The notes under the pieces are model-generated. The model was not told the DNA's origin. It searched no databases and worked only from the letters and a program-made list of their open reading frames with translations. Of a stretch of 64,000 nucleotides of DNA, positions 9,301-19,682 are shown in pieces; within the stretch, counting starts at the first letter, position 1, and each line of letters opens with the position of its first letter. The stretch lies in assembly GCA_000092065.1 (NCBI GenBank), contig CP000582.1. One strand, written 5' to 3'. Origin of the DNA: Ostreococcus lucimarinus (Eukaryota). The position numbers and the translations under genes are program-made.

Positions 9301-11762
9301 GGGTCTTCGTTCACGATACCACCGATTGCTCTTGTCGCTGATGTGCGCACCAAGACGCTCGCGTCATCGAGCATAGCCGTCACGCGCTGCACGAGCACGT
9401 CGAGCTGTCTTGCCAACGGTCGTCGAGCGTTGAGTTGAAGACACAAAGACTTGGCGAGCTCGCGCGGAAGTCCAGCCAGCGAGCCATTTGTAGCCTTTTT
9501 CGCAGTGTCCGCGACTCGCACCATGCTAGCGTGCAGAGCTGCGTACATCGCCCGCGAACCGCCAGCGACGACTTCTTGACGAAAACCGACGCCCGCGCGC
9601 TCAGCGTCCCGCGCAAACTGACACAAATGGTACGATACTGCGGAAGTGTTGAGCGTCACACGCGAATGAGACGCCGTATCGTCCGACATCCTCGCGCCTT
9701 CACGCGGTGCTGCGCCATTTTCGTCGTCTTCATCCGCGTCGTCGTCGCGAGTAAACGTCGTTGAAGACGGGCCTCGATTGTTCTCTGCCAAATAGCGCGC
9801 GATAATCGATTCCATCGCAAAAATATCCGCACTCGCCTCGTCGGCCTGCACCAACGCACTTTCCGTTTGCGCGTCGACTCGAGTTCGAACGCGCGCTGCG
9901 TCTTGATGAGCAAACATGACCGCTTTTTCGTGCAGCGTCTCGGCGTTTGACGTAAATTCTAAATCCTCCGCGCGTGGCAACTCGCGCCAGAACGCATCCT
10001 CCTCTACTGCTTTCGAGTCAGCGCGAAGTTTTGATGCGATTTGACCAAGGAAATCGAGCGCAATCTCGCGAATCTTGGAGTCTTTGCACTGCAGACCGGC
10101 AGACCCGAGCAGGTTCCCGGCGAGATTGAGCACAAGCAAGTTTGCCACGGGCCATTCGGGAAGGTTTCTGCATGTGAGCGCGTCCACGAGAGCGTTGTGG
10201 ATCACCGCGCGTATCTGACGCTCGTGTTCCGCCGCTTTCACCTTCGGCCACCTCGTCAGCAAATCTTTCCAAAAGTAGTTCGTCCAGTAAAACGCCGATC
10301 CAAACGCACGCGCGTGCACGTCTGTCGTCATTTCACCTTCTTTATCCGCCTTGGGCATTGTCGCTTCGTCGTCGGAAAATTCCACCGTGGCTTGGAAACA
10401 CTGCATCAACAGAGCGAGCAAGACTTGGATTTGCACTGAGTCTTCGCCTGGGACGTTAAAACATCGCACGCTACGCCCCTCAGTCGGAAGTTTCATGAGA
10501 GACGACAGAATATTGTCCACGACGAAGCCTCTGTGCTCAGAGTATTGCGTAAAAATGCTCGACACGAGTTCGACGGACTTGAGTTGCACAAAGCTCACGT
10601 CCTCAATTTCGAACGCCGAGAACGCCAAAGACGTCAGCTGCAGTACCGTCGCATCTGGAAGTGCGAGGAGGGAAATCAAATTGGCCAAGTGCGTGAAAAT
10701 GACGCCTATTTTCGCCCCCAACATTTTTGCTACCTTGTATCCCCCGCTGCCTGATTTCTTCGACGATGAGGGCGGCGGCGGCGCCGAGACGCCCTTACTC
10801 TTGCTGGCCGGTGTCTTCTTTTTCCCATCTTGCTCGACGTCATCTCCGTCTTCGTCACTGCCGCGATGAACGTTCCACATGCCGGCATCGTAAAAGACGA
10901 AGACATTCCGCACCAAGTGTTGCCTCGCGCACTCGATCATCTCGTCGATGCCTTCCTCGCGATAAATCTCCTTCGGCATGTCCGTCGCCGCCAATATGAC
11001 AAAGTACGCCCCGATAGCTTCCAACGATTTCAACACACGCTGTGCGTCGGCACCTCTGTACTGCGCGTTCGCGGCGATCAACGTTTCGTTCGCGCTCTTT
11101 GCGACTCGCTCCAACATTGACAGCGTCTTGACTAAATCTCGTTTCCCGACGCCCTTCAACAACCCGCGTTCTCGCAACAATTCACATCTCGAGCTAAAGT
11201 CGCGAAGTTCGCTCAGCATCACGGCGCCAGATGCGTCGTCCATGTCGTCGCCAGCGCTCGCGTCTTCATCATCCAATTCAATCCTGTCGCACAAATCTTC
11301 CGCCGCGCGCACAAAGTCTGCCACCAGCGCCTCGCCGTCTATCGACGTCACCAACTCCGTCGTCGTCATGACACTCTGCGGCGCCGCGATCGCACGCGCG
11401 ACTTCTTTACCCCTCGATCGCCCGACGTCATCCTCTCCATCCTCCATCGCGTCCGCGCTACCCTGAATCATCCCCGTCGACGCGTTCGTCGCCGCCGCGG
11501 GCAGCGTCGCGTTCGCTCGAACCGTCACGCACGCCTCGTCTCCCATCGCCTCCACGATCTTCGCCGTCATCGGGCAGTGCACCGCGTCTGTTTTCGCATA
11601 TTTTCGTTTCGCTCGCATCAGCGTCGTCGACCTATCGCATCGTCGTTTCGCGCGTCGTCCGTCCGTCAGTCGCTCGCTCGCTCGCTCGCTCGCTCGCCTC
11701 GCCTCGCCAATCGCATCCGTCCCCCTTCCGTCATCGCGCGCGCCTCGCTTCGCTCGACGCAC
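6339..11762 (-). CDS. SCC2: Cohesin loader SCC2/NIPBL (Nipped-B) family, about 1,800 aa HEAT-repeat protein
   Basis: Hallmark motifs VLRQGLVHPASAFPTLIALQIDPVPSVKRLARKLL and HEAT repeats IVRALKIRLKDTGSSVRAAVVDVIGRQMV. One continuous 1,807-aa ORF. The true start may lie downstream of the first M, since ASERASER derives from a (gctc)n repeat. Confidence 0.75.
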   Translation of the reverse strand: MRRAKRGARDDGRGTDAIGEARRASERASERLTDGRRAKRRCDRSTTLMRAKRKYAKTDAVHCPMTAKIVEAMGDEACVTVRANATLPAAATNASTGMIQGSADAMEDGEDDVGRSRGKEVARAIAAPQSVMTTTELVTSIDGEALVADFVRAAEDLCDRIELDDEDASAGDDMDDASGAVMLSELRDFSSRCELLRERGLLKGVGKRDLVKTLSMLERVAKSANETLIAANAQYRGADAQRVLKSLEAIGAYFVILAATDMPKEIYREEGIDEMIECARQHLVRNVFVFYDAGMWNVHRGSDEDGDDVEQDGKKKTPASKSKGVSAPPPPSSSKKSGSGGYKVAKMLGAKIGVIFTHLANLISLLALPDATVLQLTSLAFSAFEIEDVSFVQLKSVELVSSIFTQYSEHRGFVVDNILSSLMKLPTEGRSVRCFNVPGEDSVQIQVLLALLMQCFQATVEFSDDEATMPKADKEGEMTTDVHARAFGSAFYWTNYFWKDLLTRWPKVKAAEHERQIRAVIHNALVDALTCRNLPEWPVANLLVLNLAGNLLGSAGLQCKDSKIREIALDFLGQIASKLRADSKAVEEDAFWRELPRAEDLEFTSNAETLHEKAVMFAHQDAARVRTRVDAQTESALVQADEASADIFAMESIIARYLAENNRGPSSTTFTRDDDADEDDENGAAPREGARMSDDTASHSRVTLNTSAVSYHLCQFARDAERAGVGFRQEVVAGGSRAMYAALHASMVRVADTAKKATNGSLAGLPRELAKSLCLQLNARRPLARQLDVLVQRVTAMLDDASVLVRTSATRAIGGIVNEDPKLLESPDIVRALKIRLKDTGSSVRAAVVDVIGRQMVRNVSLAEKYYDLIEDRVSDVGVSVRKRVVSTLQECLRNPDFTKADKAMQVLAFRILDEEETIRSHVVKIFRELWFSPVALEDEADDEHDDDEDDGDGNNGSDDEDASTAHLATVGHDGIEDNDPIAIRARQMVSVAWGVYRLVSRSGKQKLPLLPTFPVVAIISAVLYPSEDEKVDAWVNVRGMRKVAKRLSVQVLHALIESESDEQSRAPNGERVKSNGAHNGVVVKDEPGTSKSVPMSVKYALGLHILTVVDPCLCLPKRDPSYFAVALQPYLKRVDDDAPFVGEKLQCCMSVVHIVAKHAGRLPAPIAKEIERDLRILLLRHHDKAVIYYACKTLCAVAETRGGKDSGTMSMLKRFVAIVIESISSDEALSVQNKSHCARSLYVLGNIARFGADVVDAAVENGECDISIQDLLRVFRKTLESQPAEEYDLTRGALGACGDLFVARPELMFNRDGGFGKGSFDSIMRAALASSAERGLKEQALTNLSELIREEEFRMTATSGSAAANEVNASTKASVLKSAQKRSRDAEKLQVVNGQSDRSIAGGIAQRYWTDVLALCVDSAYSVRLKGLHLVEVVLRQGLVHPASAFPTLIALQIDPVPSVKRLARKLLKAQVQRHGDFFEHQLTHGVELAYSFKKRLETAARRSESGQKKIADASDGFAFVYSLVNSSRTSRNAFLNTLLRRFETTSGSSDALFLRFLASVVTELPFTSVDETLYVVFQLNRVISLKGGLLLEQLTKGVEASAAKADDAVPDNEFKSDVELACALSVVLLLKSHVKKAYELSDARVASYVPTEATRNAEVVKFDDTVKFETGIVDATAGQSYGSARRAVDTFRDLMTRDASDFAEDMFKETATKRGRKRATKTQADADADAEATPGTPASRRRRRAAVVVDDDDDEEEDEDDDQDENDEDASLPGLRSAGVTTSKKRAVNSAQKAAKPASKKRLKF

Positions 11763-12104
11763 AGGTACGACACATCACACGTCTCCAGCAGCGCGCCGAT
11801 CGCTCGCGCGAGCGCCACGGAGCCCTCATCGTCGCCTTCGAGCGTCGCATCCGTCGACCATCGCTCGCCATCGCGTTCGACGTCGTCGGACGCCGCGAGC
11901 GCGACGTGCGAGGCGTCGACGCTCGGCAGCGCGCCGCAGACCGCGAGGTGATGTTCACCCGGACCGATCGCGGTGAACCGCGGGTGCGTCGCGCGCGCGG
12001 TACCCATGGCGTCGCGGTGTGACGATCGCGGGTGGTTTGAACTCGAGTTTTGGCGGGAAGCCGACGCCGACGCCGACGAGCGACGATTCGATTACACAAT
12101 TCTG

Positions 12105-13430
12105 CTAACGCTTGCGCTTCTTCTTCTTGGAAGAGGGCCAGAGAACGACGAAACCGCGACCCGGGACGTGATCGAGCGGGTGGAACGCGCCGGATTTGCG
12201 CTGGGCGGGATTCTTGCTCTTGGCGTCGTAACCGCGCACGGGGACGTAACACTTGCGAGCGAAGAGACGACGCTCGAGGTCGTCGGAGGACGCGCGCGCG
12301 GACGCGGACGCGGGCGCGGGCGCGGGCGCGGTGAAAGCGTCGTGGGTCATAACCGGAGCCAAACCCTCGAGCGCGGCGATCGGGTTGACGTCCACGGAGG
12401 TGCCGAGGAAGATTTCTTCGGGCTCGGTCGACGGCGGAAGGTCGCCGCCCCACGCGCGCACCTCGTCTTGCGTCATGAACCAACAGCACTCGATCATCAT
12501 CGATTTATCGTCGTCCTCGAAGCATCGCTGGATTTGAGCCAAGTACATGTTCTCCGTCGTGCGCTCGGGGAGGCAGTAGACGCAGTCGCCGTTTCTGAAC
12601 TCGACGCCCTCGCGACGGAAGCCTTCGTAAAACGTTCTATCGCGCCTGACGCCATCCTTCTTCCCTTCGCCGATCCAACTCACGAGCGCCAAGTGATTCC
12701 CAGCCTTTTCGTTCGCTAAATCCTTTCGTCTCTTCTTCACCACCGTCGTCGCCGCCGCCGTCTTGCCGCCCGCGCCCTCGGCGGTTGACTTCGCCTTGGC
12801 CTCCGCGCGCGCCCTCTCCTTCTCCGCCAACTCCGCCAACGGATTCGCCGTCCGCGGCGCCCGTCGCTTTTCCGGCGACGCCGCCGCTTCCCCGAACACC
12901 TTCTCCCTCGGCGCCTCGTCCGCGCCCTGCGTCTCCCGACACATCCGCAGCACCTCCCGCACGCTCGCGTGCGGCGCGCGTCGCCGCCGTTCCTTCCCCT
13001 TCCGCGCCTCCCCCCCCGTCCCCAACCACGACCTCGGCGGCCTGTACTCGCGCCCAGGGAAATCAAATATCGTCTCTCGCATCTCCTCTCGCGTCGCCGT
13101 CGCCCCCAACGCGTCCTCCGCGTCCGTCCGCTTCGTCCCGCTCGCGCTCGTCCTCGTCGTCCACCCCCCGTTCCCGTCCCTCCCCGCCGCCGCTCGCATC
13201 GCCTCGTACGCGCTCCGCTCGCGCGCGTGATCGACGTCGCCCTCCATCAGCGACTTCCGCGCGCGCTCGCACGTCATCTTCGTCAGCGCGTCCGCGACCT
13301 CGCGCGCGGTGACGCCGTCGCTGCCGCTCAGGATGCATCGCGCGGCGACGGACAGGATCGTCTCCGTCGCGCGCGGCGGCACGTCGAGCGGCGTCGGCGG
13401 CGCGCCGCGATCGTTCGCATCGCGTCGCAT
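12105..13430 (-). CDS. BAH (bromo-adjacent homology) domain protein with a low-complexity N-terminal region
   Basis: C-terminal RTFYEGFRREGVEFRNGDCVYCLPERTTENMYLAQIQRCFEDDDKSMMIECCWFMTQDEV is BAH-like. The start is set at MRRDANDR (13430). Further upstream the ORF is antisense to NudC and spurious. Confidence 0.5.
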   Translation of the reverse strand: MRRDANDRGAPPTPLDVPPRATETILSVAARCILSGSDGVTAREVADALTKMTCERARKSLMEGDVDHARERSAYEAMRAAAGRDGNGGWTTRTSASGTKRTDAEDALGATATREEMRETIFDFPGREYRPPRSWLGTGGEARKGKERRRRAPHASVREVLRMCRETQGADEAPREKVFGEAAASPEKRRAPRTANPLAELAEKERARAEAKAKSTAEGAGGKTAAATTVVKKRRKDLANEKAGNHLALVSWIGEGKKDGVRRDRTFYEGFRREGVEFRNGDCVYCLPERTTENMYLAQIQRCFEDDDKSMMIECCWFMTQDEVRAWGGDLPPSTEPEEIFLGTSVDVNPIAALEGLAPVMTHDAFTAPAPAPASASARASSDDLERRLFARKCYVPVRGYDAKSKNPAQRKSGAFHPLDHVPGRGFVVLWPSSKKKKRKR

Positions 13431-13533
13431 CGCGTATGGCGATCGCGCGCGCGGCGTCGCGCGGTGACGACGCGATTCAGCGACGACCGGGACGACGACC
13501 GGGACGCGGTTTGAATCCGCACACGCGCGCGCG

Positions 13534-15180
13534 ATGCGCGGCGCGAGCGCGGCGCGAGCGCGCGCGGTGCGACGCGGTGCGACGCGCGCGGCGTCGAACG
13601 CGGGCGCGCGATCGAGAGCGCGGGCGCGGGAAAATCCGCGAACGGCGGTCGAGCGCACGACGCTGCGGTACGACGGCCACGCGCGCGTCGACGGCGACGC
13701 CGCGGGACGCGCCGGGAGGGGCGACGCGATCGCGCGCGAGCGTGGGTCGGTCGCGTTCGCGTGCTCGGCGAGCGGGAGCGAGGTGCTGTGCGCGTCGAGG
13801 GACGGTGAGGGGTGGGAGGCGGCGTACGCGCCGACGGCGACGCTGCGGGACGGGGACGCGAGGGCGGATTTCGACGACGCGGCGAGCGCGGTGTACGTCG
13901 GGAGAGACCTGAGACGGGGAAAACGAGGGGTGTTCGCGATGGTGCTTCGGGGGGGGGAGGCGGGAGAGCGCGCGATGCGAGCGGCGTTCGAGGCGGCGGC
14001 GCCGGCGGGGACGAGGTTCGCGATGAAAAACGTCAAGCGAGCGACGGCGAGTTTCGAGGACGAGATCGACGCGGCGATCGTCGCGAACGGCGCGGCGCTG
14101 ATTGGATGGGGCGGGAGACAAAAGTTTTGTCGAAATTGCGGCGCGGCGAGGCCGAAAATCGTAAAGGGTGGGAGTAAGGCGACGTGTCGCGAGTGCGGGC
14201 GGAGCGCGTATCCCGAGTTGATGCCGTGCTGTTTGGCGCTGATCACCTGCGGTAATTACGTTTTGCTCGGACGAAATGCGAAATGGCCCAAGAACTTTTA
14301 CTCTTTACTCGCGGGGTTCGTCGAGGGGAGCGAGAGTTTGGAGGCGTGCGTCGCGCGCGAGGCGCTGGAGGAGGCATCCATCGTCGTCGACGCGTCGTCG
14401 GTGGAGTACATCGCGAGTCAACCGTGGCCGTTTCCGAACCAGTTGATGATGGGATTTCGCGCCGATGTCGCGCCGGAACGTCTAGGGCCGTTGAAAATGC
14501 CGCCAGAACCGAAGATGATCGACGGCGAACTCGCAGACGCGCGATGGTTTCACGTTGATTACCTCGCAGCGCGACTGTCGCCAGAGCGCGCCTTCGCCGA
14601 TCCGAGGGGCGGCGACGACGACGACGCCATTCCTTTCGGCGAGATCGCGCTTCCCGGCGAACACGCGCTGGCGAGAGTTCTGGTGCAGAACTGGGTGGAT
14701 GAGAAAATGATGTACAGAAGACGAAGATGCGACGATCGACTCGTGACCACGGTCGTGGAGGGATCGTTTTTCACCGAATGCGAATTAGCCAGCTTTGACG
14801 ACGACAAGGGCGACGCGTTTGTCTTTGAGAACGATAACGGGGAACTACAAGATTTGGCTTTGCACTTTGTCATGGTGGAAGTATTGCTTGCGCAAGAAGG
14901 TCAGGCACCCGTCGTCTTTCGCGCGGCACCGGGCGACGTATCCGCAATTCGCGAAGACGTCGTCGCAGAAGTCGAACGCGTGGGCCAAGGCGCTCGAGCC
15001 ATCGCCTTCGTGCGCGCGACGGGTCGAATTAAGTGCAAGCGTCGGTCGGATGGCGTGCAGTCCATACGCATCACAATGCTTAGCGAAGCGAGCGATGATG
15101 GGTTCGACGCGCGTCGATGCGTCGTCGCCATGCTTCAGAAAGCTTGTCCTTTCCACCTGTACGAGTTTGACCAGCCGTAG
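13534..15180 (+). CDS. NADH pyrophosphatase (NudC-type Nudix hydrolase) with an uncharacterised C-terminal extension of about 200 aa
   Basis: NudC N-domain, then zinc ribbon CRNCGAA...CRECG, then Nudix box GFVEGSESLEACVAREALEE and QPWPFPNQLMMGF. The exact start is uncertain; ATGs lie between 13534 and about 13900. Confidence 0.75.
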   Translation: MRGASAARARAVRRGATRAASNAGARSRARARENPRTAVERTTLRYDGHARVDGDAAGRAGRGDAIARERGSVAFACSASGSEVLCASRDGEGWEAAYAPTATLRDGDARADFDDAASAVYVGRDLRRGKRGVFAMVLRGGEAGERAMRAAFEAAAPAGTRFAMKNVKRATASFEDEIDAAIVANGAALIGWGGRQKFCRNCGAARPKIVKGGSKATCRECGRSAYPELMPCCLALITCGNYVLLGRNAKWPKNFYSLLAGFVEGSESLEACVAREALEEASIVVDASSVEYIASQPWPFPNQLMMGFRADVAPERLGPLKMPPEPKMIDGELADARWFHVDYLAARLSPERAFADPRGGDDDDAIPFGEIALPGEHALARVLVQNWVDEKMMYRRRRCDDRLVTTVVEGSFFTECELASFDDDKGDAFVFENDNGELQDLALHFVMVEVLLAQEGQAPVVFRAAPGDVSAIREDVVAEVERVGQGARAIAFVRATGRIKCKRRSDGVQSIRITMLSEASDDGFDARRCVVAMLQKACPFHLYEFDQP

Positions 15181-15207
15181 CAGTCATGTCGTTCTGTTTT
15201 TGGAGTT

Positions 15208-16194
15208 GTGACAGTTGGACGGCACAGACGCACGCGCGCCATGCCCGCGATTGCACCTACCTATGCGCAAAGGCGCGGTCCCATTCGAAGCAGTCAGTTC
15301 ATGGATCTAGTTCGCGCGTTCGGCTTGAACGGCGTCGATAGGGATCTGCAGCACGTCATTCGGGCTCTCAAGGCCGAGGAACGGCACGACGCCGCGGTGC
15401 TCGCGGTAGAGATGCGAAACTTGCGCGCGCTGCGCATCTGTCACGAAGAAGGCGCGTGGTTATCGGCCGAATGTCTACGCGCCGCTATTCGCGTCGACGA
15501 TTACGGCATCCTGATGTTTTTGTGGCAGAATAAGTCACCCGGCTTTGACGAAGCGTCGATGGCTGCGGTGGCTGCCTTCACCGGAAACGCTCGTTTCATC
15601 ACCGATTTCATGAAAGATCTCGTCGACGAGCGCACGACGAGCGCAGCGGCCGCGGGCGGTCAATTGGGATGCCTGCGACTCGCGCATTCGTACGGCGCGC
15701 CTATTAAGGCGTCGGCGATGTTGAACGCCGGTGAACGAGGCCATCTGAATTGTCTGAGATTCTGCGTCGCCGTCAGCGGCGAGGACTTCACAGCGGCGGA
15801 TATCGAGAGATGCGCGAACGCAGTCGCCGCCCAAGGAAATGACTTTATTGAGATATTTCAAGCGTTGCAGTCGGCGCCAGCGTTCAGGTGGAACCCTAAT
15901 TATCTCGTCGTCGCGGCGAGTACTGGTGCGTTTCACATGGCGCAGTTCATCCTCGAAAATGGCGGCAGGGAACTGAACACAAACCAAGCGCGCGACGTTG
16001 CGCGAGCCGGACGAACATCCGGCCATCGTGCTTGCTACGAGTTATTGGATCGCAATTCGAGCGGGCGGGCCAAACCGTCTTTGAGAGAGGAGGCGGCGCG
16101 CGACGTCGCCGCCGTCATCTTCATCGCCGCCGCGGCGTCGGTGTTCGTGAGCACATATCGCGTCCTCGGTCGAGCTTTTTCACGCCAAGACTAA
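15208..16194 (+). CDS. Hypothetical protein, possibly ankyrin-like helical repeats, with a C-terminal transmembrane segment
   Basis: 328-aa ORF of normal amino-acid composition with a C-terminal hydrophobic stretch VAAVIFIAAAASVFV. No confident family match by eye. Confidence 0.35.
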   Translation: MTVGRHRRTRAMPAIAPTYAQRRGPIRSSQFMDLVRAFGLNGVDRDLQHVIRALKAEERHDAAVLAVEMRNLRALRICHEEGAWLSAECLRAAIRVDDYGILMFLWQNKSPGFDEASMAAVAAFTGNARFITDFMKDLVDERTTSAAAAGGQLGCLRLAHSYGAPIKASAMLNAGERGHLNCLRFCVAVSGEDFTAADIERCANAVAAQGNDFIEIFQALQSAPAFRWNPNYLVVAASTGAFHMAQFILENGGRELNTNQARDVARAGRTSGHRACYELLDRNSSGRAKPSLREEAARDVAAVIFIAAAASVFVSTYRVLGRAFSRQD

Positions 16195-16308
16195 ACGCAG
16201 CGTTCCCAACGTTGCAACACAGCATACGCTCACCGCGAAGACGAAGTTTAGCGCGTCCTATAATCTAAAATATGCGTTACAACGAGACGCGTCGACGACG
16301 CCGCGCGT

Positions 16309-17040
16309 CTACACCGGCAGCGCGCCCCCCCCCCCCCGACTCGACGCCGCGAACCCGATCGCGCGCGCGCACGCCCCCATCACCGGCTGCGCGATCTGCC
16401 ACGCCGTCGCGCACACCGTCCTGAACCCTTGCGCGCCGTACGGAAAATAACTCACCTGATAATACCCCACCGCGCACGTCTGACACGCGCTCCAAAACAC
16501 CGTCTGCGCGTACGCGTGTCGATACGCCGCCGCGCGCACCGTCATCACCACCGTCGTCACCATCACCACCGACGTCACCGCCCGCTCCTCGCTCAGCATG
16601 TGCGTCACCTGCGCCTGCGCCCCTCGCAGCGCCCCCGTCGCGCACACCCCGCTCGCGCTCGCCGCCGACACGCACAGCCCAAACTTGGCCGGCGCGATCG
16701 CCAGCGTCGGCGCGCCCACGACGAACGCCAGCGCGTACATCAGCGCGCTCGTCGCGCTCAGCGCCAGAAACCACGCGACGCGCTCGGGCGTGAGCGACTG
16801 CAGCGCCGCCGTCGTCGCGCGCGCGCCCTGGCTCGTCCGCCGCGCGAGCGCGCGCGCGCGATCCGACAGATTCTCAAACTGCGCGCTCGCGCCGTCCGCG
16901 AACGCGCGCCAGTCGTCGGCGAACGACGGCGAGGGAGGTCGGTCGCCGACCGGCGCGACGCTCGCGCGCATCGCGCCCGCGTCGCGGAGTGGCGACGAAC
17001 GATTCGTCGCGCGATCGACGATGGTCGCCACCGTTCGCAC
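16309..17040 (-). CDS. SFT2/Got1-type vesicle transport protein (4-TM)
   Basis: Hydrophobic helices plus the C-terminal signature AVGYYQVSYFPYGAQGF typical of the SFT2 domain. A TGTAA sits about 35 nt past the stop. Confidence 0.5.
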   Translation of the reverse strand: MRTVATIVDRATNRSSPLRDAGAMRASVAPVGDRPPSPSFADDWRAFADGASAQFENLSDRARALARRTSQGARATTAALQSLTPERVAWFLALSATSALMYALAFVVGAPTLAIAPAKFGLCVSAASASGVCATGALRGAQAQVTHMLSEERAVTSVVMVTTVVMTVRAAAYRHAYAQTVFWSACQTCAVGYYQVSYFPYGAQGFRTVCATAWQIAQPVMGACARAIGFAASSRGGGGALPV

Positions 17041-19599
17041 TGCGCGACGCGCCGCGCGCGCCGAGATGCGCGAGGACGCGCGCGCGTCGCGCGTCGCGTC
17101 GCTGCTGTCGTCGTACTACGACGAGGACGCGCGAACGGCGCGAGACGCGACGTCGGCGCGCGACGAATCGACGACGCGCGACGGGACGCATCGCGCGACG
17201 ACGACGACGACGACGACGACGACGGGACGCGCGACGCGCGCGAGCGTCGATCTCGACTCGCCGGACTTCGACGTCGACGCGTACGTGCGGGAGACGCTGG
17301 CGAACGGCGACGGGGGGGGGGCGCGGGACGCGTACGCGCGCGTGAGCGCCGAACTCGGCGTCGTCGAGAGCCGGGCGCAGATGTTGGTGTACGACAACTA
17401 CGGGAAATTCATTCAGGTAATGCGGAAAAGCGCGCGACGCGCGATGCGAGGGACTGACGGATGGCTCGGTGGTGACAGGCGGCGAGCGCGGCGAGCGCGT
17501 TGCGAGAGGCGAGCGCGGCGATGCGGACGCGATGCGACGCGCTGCGGGAGAGCGCGCTGCGGGCGAAAGCGCTGAGCGAACGCACGCAGGAGCGATTGTC
17601 GGCGAGGAGGGAGGTGGTTGAACAGTTGCGAGGCGTGCGAGGGTTGATCGGGAAGCTGAGCGCGAGTTTGCGTTCGGCGCCGGCGTTGGAGGCGCTCGCG
17701 AACGCGTCGGCGGCGACGGCGACGGAGGGCGAGGACGCGAGGACGACGATCGCCGAGTACGTCGAGGCGAAGGAGGTGCTAGATGCGCTCGGGGCGGAAG
17801 GTTCAGACGCGATAGCGTTCGTGCGCGCGAAAAAGCGGTGCGATGCGGCGATGGAAAAGATTGTGGCGGTGTTGAAGGCGCGCGCGAGAGCGAGCGCGAT
17901 CGGGGGCGACGAAGATGACGGTGCGTCGAAGTCAGCGTTCGGGATGTCGGACGAAGTTTGTTTGGAACTGTTATCGGCGTTGAAGGTGTCACAGGACGAG
18001 CTCGTGGACGACTTCTTGATGTCAAGGAAAAAGAAACTCGACGACGCGATCGAGGCGTCGAGAAAATCGTTCGCCGAGCTCGCGTCGACGCCGGTGAGCG
18101 AACGGAATTTGAAGGATTTCATGAGCGCGTTGAATCAATCTTTCTTGGGCGAGTTTTCAAACGCGTCAGAGGCGTTCAAGAAACTGTTTTCGAACGTCAA
18201 CAGCGCGCGAAACGCCCTGGTAAAGTTTACCAAAGATGCGTTTGGCGAATATTTCGCCTTCATTCGAGAAATCTACGCACCGCACGTGGATAAGACAGAC
18301 ATGATCGCCGCCTCATCGAGCGCAGATTTGTTGAATCCCAAGCAGTTGATGTGTGCCATGGGTACTATGGCGGCTGACCTCGCGAGCGTGCACAGATCCG
18401 TTCCCGAGGCTGCGCTCGGCGACAGAGCCGTGGAGACTATAGAGCGCGCCGTGCGTAGTCGCGTCGGCGCTGCGTTCATGTGCCTAGAGCGTGACTTGGT
18501 GCGCGAGCTTGACGCCACGTATGTCGCGGCCAAGGCAGTCTCAGCGGCGGCGGCGAATCGCGCGTCGGGCGCAGACGCTGCCACGAGCAAGTCGCTGCTG
18601 CATCGTTTCATAGCGCTCTCAGACACCTTGCTCACGAGCGTGCAAACGCTGTTGAGTGACGTGGAATCTTTGATGGACGAACGTCCAATCTTGATTTCGA
18701 GTTGGCGCGAAGAATTCGCGTACGCCGTTCGCGGGCATTTTGCGAGCCTGATTCACGCGCTTGTCTCTCGACTCATCGTCGGATCGCCCATCGCGCCGAA
18801 TCCCGCGCCGAATCCCACGCCATTACGGACGCCTCTCGCGGTGGCGGTCGATGAAGCGCGGGAATCGAGTTCGAAAACTCCACCGCCGCCGAGCTTCCTA
18901 CTCGTATGCGCTCGAATGTGCGCGTTTTTGCACACTTCGGCGACGAAGCACATCGCGGATGCGTTGACGAAGATGTTCCCGGCGTCGTCGGCGATGGGTG
19001 GAAGTTTCAGCTTGGATGAGACGCGTGCGATGTGCGAGTCGGCGTCGCACGTATTATTGATGTGGTACGTCGAACAAAGCGCGCAGCGCATTAGCTTTAT
19101 GATTCGAAAATCGCTCACTGCGGTGGATTGGAGCAAGGCGCGCGAACCTCGCGAGGTTCGCCCGCTCGCGGATTACATCGCGGACGATTTGGCGACGATT
19201 GAGAACGAGTGCGCGCAAGTTTTGGATGTTGGAGAAATCGACAGCGGTGATGGCAGCACTTCGTTCGTCGCGGACGGCGCGTTCACGCCCGTGAGGTCGA
19301 CGCAGTCTTCGGTGATGTGCGCCGTGATCAAGCGCGCCGTCAAATCGTACGTCGAGTGCGTTCGTTGTCAAACCTTCCACACGAAATTTGCGTTCCAGCA
19401 AGTCTCGCTGGACGTGCGCTATCTCGCCGAGCGCGTGCTGTTTCGCTTCATGCCAAGCGGACAGTTCGAGTCGGATGTGTACGAGCGACGGGCGATCGAG
19501 ATTTTACTCAAGGAGTTGCGCTCGGCGTGCGAGCTTCGAGCGTGCGACCCGACGCCCATGGACAAAGCCGTCGGCGATCGCATTTTAGAAAAAATCTGA
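17021..19599 (+). CDS. VPS51: VPS51 (GARP/EARP complex subunit), two exons with a 62-bp GT-AG intron at about 17417..17478
   Basis: Exon 1 has the Vps51 N-domain LLSSYYD...DSPDFDVDAYVRETL...LVYDNYGKFIQ, then gtaatg. An in-frame TGA at about 17473 forces splicing. The acceptor acag| restores phase 0, and CTGAC lies 20 nt upstream. Exon 2 is the 699-aa helical ORF. Confidence 0.65.
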
Positions 19600-19682
19600 G
19601 CACATTACGATAGAAAAATAGAGTGTGAAAAGTACGTTTCGTAAGCGCGAGCGCGCGCGTCGACGTGAATCGTATCGGTCCG

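Noticed and set aside
12637-14246. Overlapping 100-700 aa ORFs across the BAH/NudC region. Examples are the N-terminal 270 aa of ORF 12105..14246, ORFs 12737..13066, 12785..13312, 13436..13912 and 13477..14121.
   Set aside because: They are antisense or frame-shifted relative to the NudC and BAH frames that carry recognisable domains. They are Pro/Arg/Ala/Ser-rich and low-complexity, with no motifs.
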